A stretch of DNA of 62,599 bases, taken from Perkinsus chesapeaki ATCC PRA-425 (taxonomy: Eukaryota; Protista; Perkinsozoa). Positions 1-12,200 of this stretch are shown one piece after another. The first letter of the stretch is position 1; every line of letters starts with the position of its first letter. Both the position numbers and the translations under genes were made by a program. The notes beneath the pieces are model-generated. The model was given only the letters and a program-made list of their open reading frames with translations. It ran no database searches and had not been told where the DNA came from. The DNA lies in NCBI GenBank assembly GCA_013115145.1, contig JAAPAO010000147.1:1-62599 (forward strand), read 5' to 3'.

Positions 1-540
1 ATGATCCAGACTGAACTTGATCACAACCAGCATCGCATACGACAGGCAAAGGTGCAGCGATAGCCACATCACACGAACATGTCACATTCGTGCCATGACA
101 AGTCGGTTGATCCTGCCAATACTTGCAATATGACCCAAAAAATGTCGATGAACATTCACTGAGGCAGATGCTGACAGGACGTGGGTTGATGGAGGAGATG
201 ACTGTGTGGACGGCAGAGAAGACGACGATGCTGCGAATGCTAAGCATTTAGACTTGATGCTGGCAAAGCTAACAAACATCACATTTAGAAGTTAAACAAT
301 AAAAATGAGAATAAAGTTGAAGATATGCTTGATTTCTCAGCACGGTCTATCATATGGAGAAAAATGCTTAGCTAGTTGATAAGTGGATAGCCTCGATTGG
401 AGGAGCGGTCCTATGAAACCGTCGACAGTTTTCCTCGAGAAGTATCTTTGTGTTTGCGTGCGTGCGTGTCGTGTACTAATCACGATCTCCAAACAATTCT
501 ACGAACAGGATGAGTGGTAAGTTAATTTTCTGGCTTAGAC

Positions 541-1686
541 AAGTCATATCGAACCTCAACCGTATCACGGCTGAGAACTTCATGACAGTCACTGCTAATC
601 TGGCTGAGCTGGAGGTAATACTATCAACAGTTTATCGCTCATTAGTGTTTGTTTCAGATTGATGAAGGCTGGAAGCTTGAACTGTTGGCTCGTATGATCT
701 TCGACAAGGCCATACAGGAGAGCTGCTACTGCGAGATCTACTCTGATATGTGTATGCAGCTGAGGCGTGTCCTACCCGATTTTGAGGGGGACGAGAGCAG
801 CAAGTCGATGACCTTCACGAGAGCCCTTATCACCAAGTGCCAGGAAGAATTCGAGGCATTACCGGTGGACTTGAATCCGTTTCCGGAGGAGAGAGAGAAG
901 GCCAACGGTGATGCTCAGGAGCTTGCTATCATTCGTTCCAAAAAGAAGGAGCGTATCTTGGGTAACATGAAGTTTTTTGGTCACCTTTGCCTGAGGCAGC
1001 TATTAAGCGTGAAGGTTATTAAAGAGGTTGTGAGCCAGTTGGTGTTCGGTTCTAACGAGCCTGAAGAGCACTGCATCGAGTGTGTCTGCATATTACTTCA
1101 AAACATTGGCTCAACATGGGACCGAACTGAACGTGGACGATCTCTTTGCACGACATTTTTGGGCCGCCTGAGAGAGCTTAAAAGCTTGAACTATCCTAGC
1201 CGACTGAAGTTTATGATCCAAGATCTCATCGATAATAGGGCCAGAGGTTGGAAGGACAGACAGGGTAATCCTGTTGATGGTAGGAGCAATAATGCCTTGA
1301 AGGTTACCATACAGGGCCGGAAGGACAGCGAGAGGCAAGCTAAGATTGAAGAGGCTGAAAGAAAGATGGATGAGTTGGCTATTAAAAAGAGAGAGCGAAA
1401 GGAGGCCCAGGAGAGTGAAGTGCTGGAGGCCCGGAAGATGACCGAAAATCTGGTCAATCGGGGTGCGGAAGATCCTCTAGAGGCGCTCCTCGATATGAGA
1501 CTGCTACGAAAAATGGTGCTGCACAATTGGTATTCTCAACCATCAACCGATAAGACTGGTCAGAAAGCTCATGAATTCGCTGCTGGAGGGGCGAAGGGCG
1601 TTCTTACTGCTAATCGAAGCGGAGATGGTGATAGAGAGCTCTGCAGGCCTGAGAGCTCTGTGGTGTCACCATCACCTTCCCACTAG
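541..1686 (+). CDS. eIF4G-like MIF4G-domain protein (5' part unresolved)
   Basis: Exon ~541-623 encodes ISNLNRITAENFMTVTANLAELE, the MIF4G start motif. The 649-1686 ORF has IFDKAIQE..YCEIYSDMC, KERILGNMKFFGHL and SRLKFMIQDLIDNRARGW, all typical MIF4G helices. Confidence 0.75.
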
Positions 1687-1698
1687 CTACCGTGCTCA

Positions 1699-3986
1699 CT
1701 AAAGGTGCTGCTTACTCCTATAGTTTAAATTTAGCAACTCGTACCATTGATCATGGGTAGCAGCTTGACCATGACCATCCCAGTGGCCCTGTTGTTGGTG
1801 TTCCTTATTGAGAGGCTGCCTGCGTATTTCTTGTCTTTCATTTACAACCTCTGCTGCACTGCGTTGTAGACAACGGCCACCTGTCACCGCCGCCCTGCTC
1901 TTCTATCTGCACTATTCGTGGTAGTGGTTACTATTGTGATAACCGCAAGAGGAGGAACAGTAACAACATCTACCTTGGTAAAGGCAGTTTGTCGGCTATG
2001 CTCCTTGACCACTGTGATCCGTCGCTTGGGTTGAAATATTAGTAGATGCACCACCCGGTGATGTACTTGCGACGGTCGCTGAGGGACTGAAGCCTTTTTC
2101 GTCGCCATCTGCCTCGGTGACTGTGTTCCGCTAGACTCTAGCGGCTAGAGTGTTATTACCCTGGCTGTTGCTACTGATGGAGTGATTGCTATATTATATG
2201 AGGGACCAGCCGCTGCTCTCTTTCCTCATAAGTTGCTGCTGTATCATTTTCTTTTTGCTTCCTTTCAACCGTTATTGTCGTCGATTATTGCTACATCTAT
2301 TTATACCATGATAATCCTGACTGGTGGCGGGGCAGTTAGTATACCCAAAGGGTTACTAAACCTCTTAATTGGTCCCTCTCCCTCGGTCGATGATGAGTAT
2401 ACCTCCTGATATTAATACGGCTTGCTACTGGTTTGGACATGTCCTCCTGCTCTTATTACCTCAAGTCGTATGTATGGTTAATGCCATTACCAACTATAAC
2501 AGAGATGGGGATAAGATGATGAGGTTGAAAGTGAACAGCAGTATTGGTGCTTATTGCATCGCTGATGGTAATCTGCTTTAGTTGTACTATAGCTGTCAAA
2601 AATGATTAAATAACTGTTGTCGTATACATTATTGATCATTATTATCTCATTGAGAAGCATCACTCTAATTCGACAGAGTGGATGAAACTTCTGGGATCTT
2701 TCTTGTTTCTTCTACCACTGTATCATTATCATAGTTGCTATATCTATTTTGCCGATATACCAGCCACTGTCTCCAGCACCTTTGATCGGCAGTGGTGGCT
2801 CTAAATAACGTATGTCGATGTGGTCATACGGCATGAGTACAACTACATAACATTACCAATACTGGTATGAGTCATACCAGTATCGGTAATGTTATCATTC
2901 TCCTACTACTCCTCGCTGTTACTCTGATCGTGGCTGCTGCTGGCGTGGGAGAAGTTGACTGTCAACGTTCCCATTGTTGCTGACAAGCGATGCTTCTCAA
3001 CCCGAGAATCTACTGTAAATCAATATTGATAATAATACACGTTGAGTTATGTCTCAAGTACTCCAATGGGTAAGATAGCCTCTCATATGATACAGTACCC
3101 ACTGTACTTCATCGCCCTCACAGTGCACCGTGACAAGACTGTTCCTCTTCCAAGGCCCACTGTTAAAACTGAGGGGCCGCAGGAGAAGGTCGTAGCCTAC
3201 CGGACCTTGCATTAAGCCACCAGACAAAATTCTTCAGTGGCCCTCACTCGCGAGGCCACGAGGTCCTCAAGACTATCCCCGTATCCAAAATACCTTCGCG
3301 AGCCGATCCTTGTAACACAACAATTAATACACTCATGGGCTAATCATCTGGCTTTTCTGCAGTTGGTACCGATAGCGGACCACCGCCACACAATGTGCGG
3401 CACAGATACCGTGCAGTGCCGAATAGACATCTAAATGAATGTATATATATACATACAACAGTAGTATCATGAGTATATACATATCCAGTCAATAGTCGAC
3501 CGCAGAAAATGTGCCAGAACAAACCAGAAGGGAAAAAATCTGCAGTGATGCCTCAACTTGAGCCAAGACTACATGATAACGAGCAAATACAGCAGCGAAG
3601 TGAACTGCCTCCACGCTACAGTTGAAGCACTCCTGTCTTCGTATTCACTTTTCGTAATTCTTGTGCTCCTCGCATTGCAGATCTCTCCTTGTACAAGTAG
3701 TCCTTGTAAAGCGGCGCAAGATGAGTTACTAATGTTCGTTCTATGGTCGATGAAGGTGGAGGCCGAAGCGGTTCGCCATTGGTGTGGTTTAGGGTCACGC
3801 CATCTACAACATAACTTCATGCTCTCCTTCGTACTGGATCATCAGAGCTTCAGCTGCTATCGATAAATCCATTTCGTACCCCGACATACAGGCTTTGTCT
3901 TCACATCTTTTTCTGCGTCCCCTTTTATACAGGTTTCTCATTTTCTGAATCCTAATCTCATCTTCCCCTTCTTTCCGGCATACCAT
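1699..3986 (-). CDS. Putative multi-exon hypothetical gene
   Basis: Several short minus-strand ORFs (1699-1887, 1884-2108, 3569-3820, 3804-3986) are separated by intron-like tracts. No family recognised. Confidence 0.3.
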
Positions 3987-4320
3987 TCTTGCGTGAAATG
4001 TCTGTCATAACTCGATCCGCTGGAACCAGATGATTTACCCATGCGCTCGTATTCTTGCTGTTGAGTTTAATGAGGATCGGCTCGCGAAGGCAAACACACG
4101 TAGTATGTCACCAATCGCTATTATTCCCAAGAATGCATAGGCACTCACACTCAAAGCAACGATAACTCAAAGCTGCAAGATGCCTTCTATCTTTCACCGT
4201 AACTTAGTCGACTACGATGACTAGTGCAGTCTATCCGTATTGCTTCACTTGCTCATTTGACTGACAACACTGGATAACAATTTAGCCTTTAGAAACCAGT
4301 AAACGTATTATTTAACAAGT

Positions 4321-6067
4321 CTACAATCTTCTGTGGCATCCTTCACTAAAAGTCTGATCCGTAGGCTCCCTTTTGGAGAGGACGCTCTTCAACCTTCTCA
4401 ACCTGACAAAAGCAGCATGCTTAAGGGCATCACACAAGGCTCCTACTATTTTCTCGGAGATCTCCCTCACAGCTTCAGCTGGCTTTGAGTTCGGTCCAAG
4501 CCCGATAATCGGCAGACCTTTCTCGCAGGCAGTTTGAAGGTCATTGTTGAGCGGTATCGACCCGAGGAAAGGTACCTGAAGCAACGTACTGTATAAGCAC
4601 CAACCGTGCAGCGAAGGATCCAAGCTCACGTCCATGTCTTTGCACATCTGCTTCGCTCCGCCGGTATTCGGCATAAATATTTCGCTCACTTTACCGCAAC
4701 AGGGGCACTCGAAGCCACTCATATTTTCGATGACCCCAATTACAGGCAGACCGACTCCTCGGCAAAAGTTAATCTCTTTACGAACCTGACAAGAAATTCA
4801 TTGACTCATAATACACACCACTGTCTCACATCTTGAAGAGCCACTTCCTGTGGAGTTGTCACGAGAACAGCGCCGTCTGGTTGACAATCTTTGAGATAGT
4901 TCACCATTGATAGATGCTCATCGGAGGTTCCTAAAAGCAACCGTTTGGGACTGAACTTATCCCGACCAAAAAGGTAATCGTAAATGCACCCAAACGCAAT
5001 GATAAACAAACCCGAGTTCCAAAGATGATTTCTCGTTCGTCACCGAATCGCGGTCAAGCTCCAGAACGCAGAAATATACGCCTGCAGCACATGTCAACTA
5101 CAACGAGGGCTTTCTGACAACATATCTACTCCGCAAGGACAACGAGTTCCTGTCTGATTCGTTCGTACATAAATGAAAGTATGCATAAGCCAAATACCTC
5201 TTGAATACGGCGCTATATCTTGTCCACTCTAACACATCTAACTGAATGATGATGCTGCTGCCTACCTGGTGGAGTGTCAACCAAAAGGAAGTCTAAATTG
5301 CCCCAAGTGACATCGGTAAGGAACTGTCTAATCAAACCGTGTTTACGTGGTCCACGCCACACAATAGCATCATCCTGAACAAACCAGTCATGACCAAGCC
5401 TCCGCAGTGGGTGCACCAACCTTATTAGTCAGCATGAAACCGATGCTCATAACAGCGAGCCTATCATCGACATAAACTGGTTGCCAACCTTCAGCTGATT
5501 GGTGTACTTCACCGTCACTGATACCCAACATTCGAGGGATACTAGGTCCGCAGATATCAACATCGAGCAGGCCAACATCTTTGCCAGAGTTCGCCAAGGT
5601 GAACGCAAGCTGCGACGAAACCGTCGATTTTCCAACACCTCCTTTTCCCGATAAAATAAGAATCTTGCGTTTAACCTAAACCAACCAATGCATCCAATCG
5701 ACCTCGAAAAATATCTTACATTTCTCAATTTATAAGCGACCTCATTAACCATAGGATCTTCCTCCTTCCCAGCGCCACTAGCGCACGCCTTCTGATTCGG
5801 GCATCCAGCACATCCATCAGCCTTCCCCGCCTCGTCGCTGCCCACCCCAGGGCACGACTCTGGTGCGTTCTCCGGCACGGCGTCGGCCTGCTGCTGCTTC
5901 CCAGCGCTCACCGCAGCTTTTTGCTGACGGCGTTTGAGCTGGTAGAGTTCGTAACGATCTCGAATGGCAGGTAATAAATCACTCGATGCCCATAGAGCAA
6001 CACCAGCACCGATTGTCGCTCCAAGAATCAGCGCTCGCGTATCTAAGCTCGACGTGGAATCAGACAT
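4321..6067 (-). CDS. NBP35: Cytosolic Fe-S cluster assembly factor NBP35/NUBP1 with N-terminal hydrophobic anchor
   Basis: Motifs across exons: [36 protein letters not shown] (P-loop), [54 protein letters not shown] and [12 protein letters not shown] at 6067 is followed by [17 protein letters not shown]. Confidence 0.92.
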
Positions 6068-6080
6068 TTTAGAAGTAAAA

Positions 6081-6152
6081 GATACTCTGCGCACTATAAA
6101 GAATGATACTCCGCGCACTATCAAGAAAGATACTTTGCGCACTATATAGATT
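6081..6152. repeat. 3 x 24-nt tandem repeat upstream of NBP35
   Basis: Units gatactctgcgcactataaagaat / gatactccgcgcactatcaagaaa / gatactttgcgcactatatagatt. Confidence 0.9.
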
Positions 6153-6261
6153 TGAACTCGATACTTCTTCCTTCTTTCCCAATAGAAACGTTTAAGTGAT
6201 GATTCCAGTATAAGACAGTATAACAGTATAGACGTGTGGGGTCATCTTTCCTCCTCCTCTC

Positions 6262-9200
6262 TTAACGACGCCTCTTCCCTCGAGGGCCCTTCGAGATGCT
6301 AAGCTTAGATTTCTTGGACACCAATCGTGCCTTCTTCTTCTCCTCCTCGCCTGCCTTCACCACGCGGTCAATACTTCTGATAGATTCCGACTTAAACCTG
6401 AGACCACCAGTACCAAACACCAAGGACCAGAGACTTTCGGATTTTCGCAATTTTTGATATTTCTCCCACGTCTACATTTCGTGCTCCGCCGGATGAATTC
6501 TCCCACGGAAGGCTACACTATCTTTCAGACGTTTTGTATTCCATTGCAAAGCATATCCAGAGATGTTCCCAACTACGCGAGAGAACGCGAAAATTTCCGT
6601 AAAGATAAAATATTCGTAAATTTCGTAAGATTCTCTTGAATCCGGCAACCACCGTATCGATGACTTACTTCTCCTTCACAAGCTTTGGGTTAAGCCTGAC
6701 ATAAGCATACGGTTGAAGAGCTGCCGACTGCCTCTGAGCATCGCCGGACCCACGGTTCTTAGAACCTGATTTGACGGAAATATGGTATAATAAATACCGA
6801 TGCAAGGTGATGGTGACCTGGAGCGCATTGATCAAGTCCTTTAACTTCATGCTGAAGCCTGGCTCGACGAGCCCCCTTCTTAGCTGCCCGTATCTAATCG
6901 ACAGCCTCGCAACAACAAAGTAGTACCGTCGCCACATTCGAAATCATTCATCGATTAGCACACATTTGACAAATACAGATACCCGATGCAATAAAATAAT
7001 TCGTATTTTCCTATTTCCCACTCAACATTCAGTGCTGCCCTGCACTCAACATGTTATACAAAATTTAAAATGGCAACACTAAACAATATAAAAATACCAA
7101 TTATTCTATTTTATTGCATCGGGCCGCACACACCGAAAGTATTGGAAAATATTTATTAAAAAACGGTAAACGATGCCTTCATTTGCCGCTAGGTAAACCC
7201 TACACTGTGCTCAAGTCAGCGGGAGAGTTTCAATCAACTCCACCAGGGAGACCAGCGAATGTGATGCACGACAAAAGGCATACCTCAGCCAACCGTCCGA
7301 GGCCCTTCTTCTTTATAGCAATAGCTGCATCCTCCATTTCAGGCTTCTTATTAGTAGTAGGTTCCTCAGGCGCCTGAATCATAGCTTGAACCATGCAAGA
7401 TGCGAACTGGGTTGAGCTCACCTCAACTATAATCTTCCCATCTTCCTCCTTTAATATCCTATTCCCCTCATTAACCTTCCGTCTCCCCTTCATACTCGTT
7501 GTTTCCTTAACTCCCTTCTGTCCCCCTCGACCCAACAAATCCAAAGGCTCCTCCCCATTCTCATCGATAACGAAACCGCCCTTGCCGTCGGCACCCTTCA
7601 CCCCTCTTGTGACGTGACGCCTTTCATCATCCTCATCATCGTCATCCGAAGACTCAGACACGTCGACCTAAATCCAAACAAAGTCTAGTCGAGCTCCTTG
7701 GCTGCACTCGAAACTAAAACAATCTCACTGCCTTAAAAATATCACCCCTACACCCGAATTGAGAGGAAATTTCAACTTGTGAAATATTACAAAATTCTCA
7801 TTCTCAGGACGACCCGGCGTAGAACGCAGGTTCGAATCCCAGGTAAGACAAGTCCTTGCTTCAAGCGTCCAATGAAGAAAGCACCAATTGTGCCTTCTGT
7901 CTACTTGCGGTAGTCATTATCCTTTCTCTCACTTTGCAGTTCCCTAGACCCCCCCCCCCTCATTACCTCAGCAGCTCCCTTATCACCACCACCGGCAGCC
8001 GCTCTCTCCATAATCCTTCGACGCCTTTCACGCTCCAACTGCTTTTGAACCTATCAGACCCAAAACCTTGCATCAACCTAAGATACTCGGAATCAAATCA
8101 TTATCTACAACAATTCAACCACCAAACCAAAACGTCTGCAGTAGTTGAGGTTGATATACTACATATGACCTTAACCGGCTTTACCATCACACGAACTTCT
8201 GATATCTTATAAAATAAATCCCGATACAGAATAATAGAACATCCCGAACATCATATCCGAATATTTCCTCCAATTTAAGGAGCTTGTTGATGTTTCTTTG
8301 ACAGTTGAGCCTCTAGACTGTATAAATGGTGACAGATGTGCCAGTGATGTATATTCTCGCTCGCCCAGTGAATTTTCGCGAAACTGACAGAAATTGCGCG
8401 GTTACAAAATTATATATAAAATATCTAATTATAATATTAAATTAATTATCTAATTAAAATATCTAATATCTAATTATATATAAATTATCTAATTATTAAA
8501 ACTATATTATTACGTAAGCTGACCAATACAATAGCCTACTATCAATTCCATAACCGCTCACCACACTGCGTCTCCCCCTCATTACATGTTTAACCAATGG
8601 TCGATGCTCCTCTGGTGTTGCTGCTGCCAGCTCAGCCCAACCAACACGCTTCCCTAACTTCTCCATCAGTCTTCTCATCCCCATCTTCATTTGCATTTGG
8701 CTCCTTCCTTCCGCGCTTAATGTCAACTTAGTGTACATTTCAAGACATTCGTTATTAAGGCCATCACCAACACGCAAACAGGATCGTGCCTGAAAAAATA
8801 CTAGTTATAATTTTTTCAAAAAATTTTTCCATTTTTACGAAATTTTTACACTGATTTTGCCCACGAAACCAGAACACCACAAAGTATGAAAGTTGATAAC
8901 AGGTAAGTGAAGAATCATTTTATGATGATGTGACGGCACGCGCCACATTATTATTAATGATACTTCCATCTTCACTTACGAAAAGTAGTGATGAGTTGAC
9001 AATTTGTGTGTCTCGCATAACCTCTAGTCGAAGAAGTCCTCCCTTTCAAGCAAGTACAAAATTTCCCCCTTCACAGGCTTGATACCACCATCATCCATCT
9101 CCCATTATTACAAACAGTAATAAGCTCTTGAATAAAGGCTTCTCGATGGCCTTCCCATCAGCCCGAACCATCAACACGGTCTTAACCACTTCACGCAAGA

Positions 9201-12200
9201 GAGCCACCTTCTGTGTCGATTCTGACGATGCCCCACCCGACACTGCAAAAGGGTTGCTAGCAGTTTTCGCAGACACCGAGGCTTCGACTGGCCAGCATTG
9301 CTCTACAACCAGCCCTGACAGGCGTTGAGGAAATGCAAGATTCACCAAGATTGCAAGATTTAGGGTCTCTCACCTAGTGTCTCCACTGAAGCACATACCA
9401 TATCAATTGAACTTCCCGCTAGACCAGCGCAAACGATATTGATGAGAGCCAGCAGAGAATTATAAGATGAAGAGCATCGACGGCAAACGTCTGTGAGGAG
9501 GGCCCAACCGAGGACTCGAACCTTGAAGTGTGGGAACAGTTGATGGATGAAGTAGTCAAGATACATAGGTTATCCCAATAGGTTTAGCTTTCCCTTGAAA
9601 ATGAAGGTGAGTTTTCATCAGCGCAAAAGTGATCGAAAGATATCCTGTAGATTGCCATCAGCTCAGATGTTTGAATCGTTATAACTTATACACAGAAAAT
9701 ATTCACCAAAGCCGCAGTGCATTTCCTAACTTCGCAGAGGAGTCCTCTTCCTGGATCAACAAGTGATGGAAAACTGCAATGAAATTTCTGCTATGGAATA
9801 CTTGAAGGAAACGTCGAGTTCATTCCTTCTGAGAGCATCTCCGATCCCCTCAACCCTCCTCCTCCCACTACCTGTGCGCCTGGATCCCTAGTAGCTACCA
9901 TCGCCTCAGGTATCAATGCAGCCATCACAGCTTGCTGCTGCTCTTCATTACCCTCCACTGAATGCATCAACGATCTTGTTAACAACAGTCGATGCTTGAT
10001 CGTCTGCGCTGACGATGGCACTGTGTTGAGCAAACCCAGGAGAGTCTGGATAATCGATGACATGAATCAAGTTAGTTGAGTTGCTACTTGAACAGAATCC
10101 AAGTTGGAGAAGTCGCCGGCCTCAACTGCAATACGTATCGCTCGATAAGCAGCCTTTTGTAGCCTTGAAGGGGCCGAGGAATTCCTAAAGAGAGATGATA
10201 AAGGAGGTATATATCATCGAGGACAGGTGGGTCAAGACAATGTTAATAATGATATGGTATATTAATTCGAGCAAAACAATATTTCTGATTGCCCCACCGC
10301 TATGAGATACTGTATATTTTATGCCAAAATGTGTCATGTGAAAATCACATACAGTATGACAACATACAAATCGATCAACCGTTTCATGTATAACTGTCAC
10401 GACCCCTTTCTCTATCCCAATTACTTCATTAACGGTGTAAAAACCTTGCCAACAACCAACTGCCTCCCAGACGCCGGTACAGCCGGCAACAAAGCCAGAC
10501 AAAGCTCGCTAAGATCGGATACGACCTGATGATGATGAGGAGGAGATGATGATGATGATGATGAGAGCAAAGTGCCAAGTGTTACGGTTGACATACTTCG
10601 GTAGAGTTAGGCTTCTGGCTTTCCTGAATAAGCTGTTTCGTTACGTTAGTGAAGACAGTCTGGAGAACTTGCACACTGCAGCCACTAAAAAGACGCGACA
10701 ACCATGATTCGAACCAGGATGCAACGGGTCTTCAAACAATAGCCTTAACCACTAGACCATTTATTACCTCTTTGCCACAGCTGTAATTGCCTCCACTACA
10801 AGATCCCTAACCTTCACACTCCCCTCGCCCATATACATCGAACCTGCATCATAAACAACAATACTGGCAGCGATACTGTCATTCAAGCCGCGCTCCATAA
10901 CATCGCGAGGATACCCACAAAAACATAAAGACAGAAAGGTTTTTCCCTTTCGATAATAATATTACATCTATCCATACCTCTATATTTTATACACAGTATT
11001 ATTAGTATTATAACATCTTGTCACTTTTTTGTGCGAAGCGCTGTCTCCCTAGCTCACGTTACTCAATAAATCCTGTAAGGCTTTTATATATTTTTAATGA
11101 CTTCTGATATCCTTGCGTCAACTCCGGGAACGGCTACTAACAGCTCTAACAATACTAGTAGAATATACTATTATCAGACGATAATAGGAACAATGAATCC
11201 TAATAAAACTTTGTATCATATCAATGTATTATTAGACTGTAATCTTAATAATATATGGATTTAATTAGTTAGTTCAATTTATTAGTTATTATGAATAATA
11301 ACTAATGAATAACTCTCAATATTTAATAATAGAGATATCCAATGATAAATTAGAACTTCTAACCAACTTCCCCAACAAACGCACAGACAATATTTGATCT
11401 ATAATTATATATATCAACTTAACAGTTGTTAGTCTTTCCCCCAATTCAGCCTACATAAAGGGTTTATAAACTTGTCCCCTATCGCCAGCAGCTCCTTGGG
11501 AACAGCCTTTCTATCCGTATACTGTCTTGAGCACTCCTCACCAAACACCCTCAATGATCGCAGCGCTGACTCTTGCACCTAACCAATGAGACATGTCAAC
11601 GTGGACCTTCACCGGCCGATGAATTTCATCCTGAGCGATACACATATTGGCCAGCCGATACCACAAACCAACTTTGACAAAAGGCTTAATACATCCAAGA
11701 TATCGGCGCCAAGATATCAGTAGATAGTAATGAAACGGTTGATCGATTTAGTGTCATGTCTTCGATTCTCGTTCTAGTACTTATGTTTTAAATTTCGCTC
11801 GACAATACTCAATATTGAGTGAGACACCTAAAAAATACGAAATATTCTATTTCATTGCGTCGGGCTGTATTCCTGAACCTGCTGGGAAGGAAGTGAGTGC
11901 CGATCGAAGAATAGCTGCTGCGCCTGCATGCTTGTAATCTTGTCGGCCTGTTCCACTACAAATCCCCTTGCAAGACTACTAACAGGCCTTTCTTGATAAG
12001 TTCCTCCCTTCCCTACCATCCAACAACACTTTAACAAGGATGAGCTAGTAGGCAACAGCCTATTCTGGATGCTACTACGTATCAACGTATCACGCCCGTT
12101 GCTGAACCCCAGACAACGACCGATCAAAAGAGCACGCGGAAAAATTTCTAGATGACATCGGGGAAAACTCACGTATATTAAATCACATCGGATCAAATTA

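Noticed and set aside
8408-8510. AT-rich tatctaatt repeats
   Set aside because: Low-complexity intron sequence with no defined unit or ends.
9512-9522. B-box-like GGTTCGAGTCC on the minus strand
   Set aside because: It lies in an RRP12 exon (FKVRVLG) with no tRNA-like context, so it is treated as chance and not counted.
10694-10766. Functional tRNA-Phe gene
   Set aside because: Acceptor and anticodon stems do not pair adequately. No element in the window folds into a full cloverleaf, so none is called a tRNA.
547-10846. GGTTCGA-type strings at ~549 and ~10838, plus similar strings at ~59290 and ~61083
   Set aside because: All fall in coding exons (MIF4G, RRP12, HAD gene) and lack the downstream CC or the T-run.
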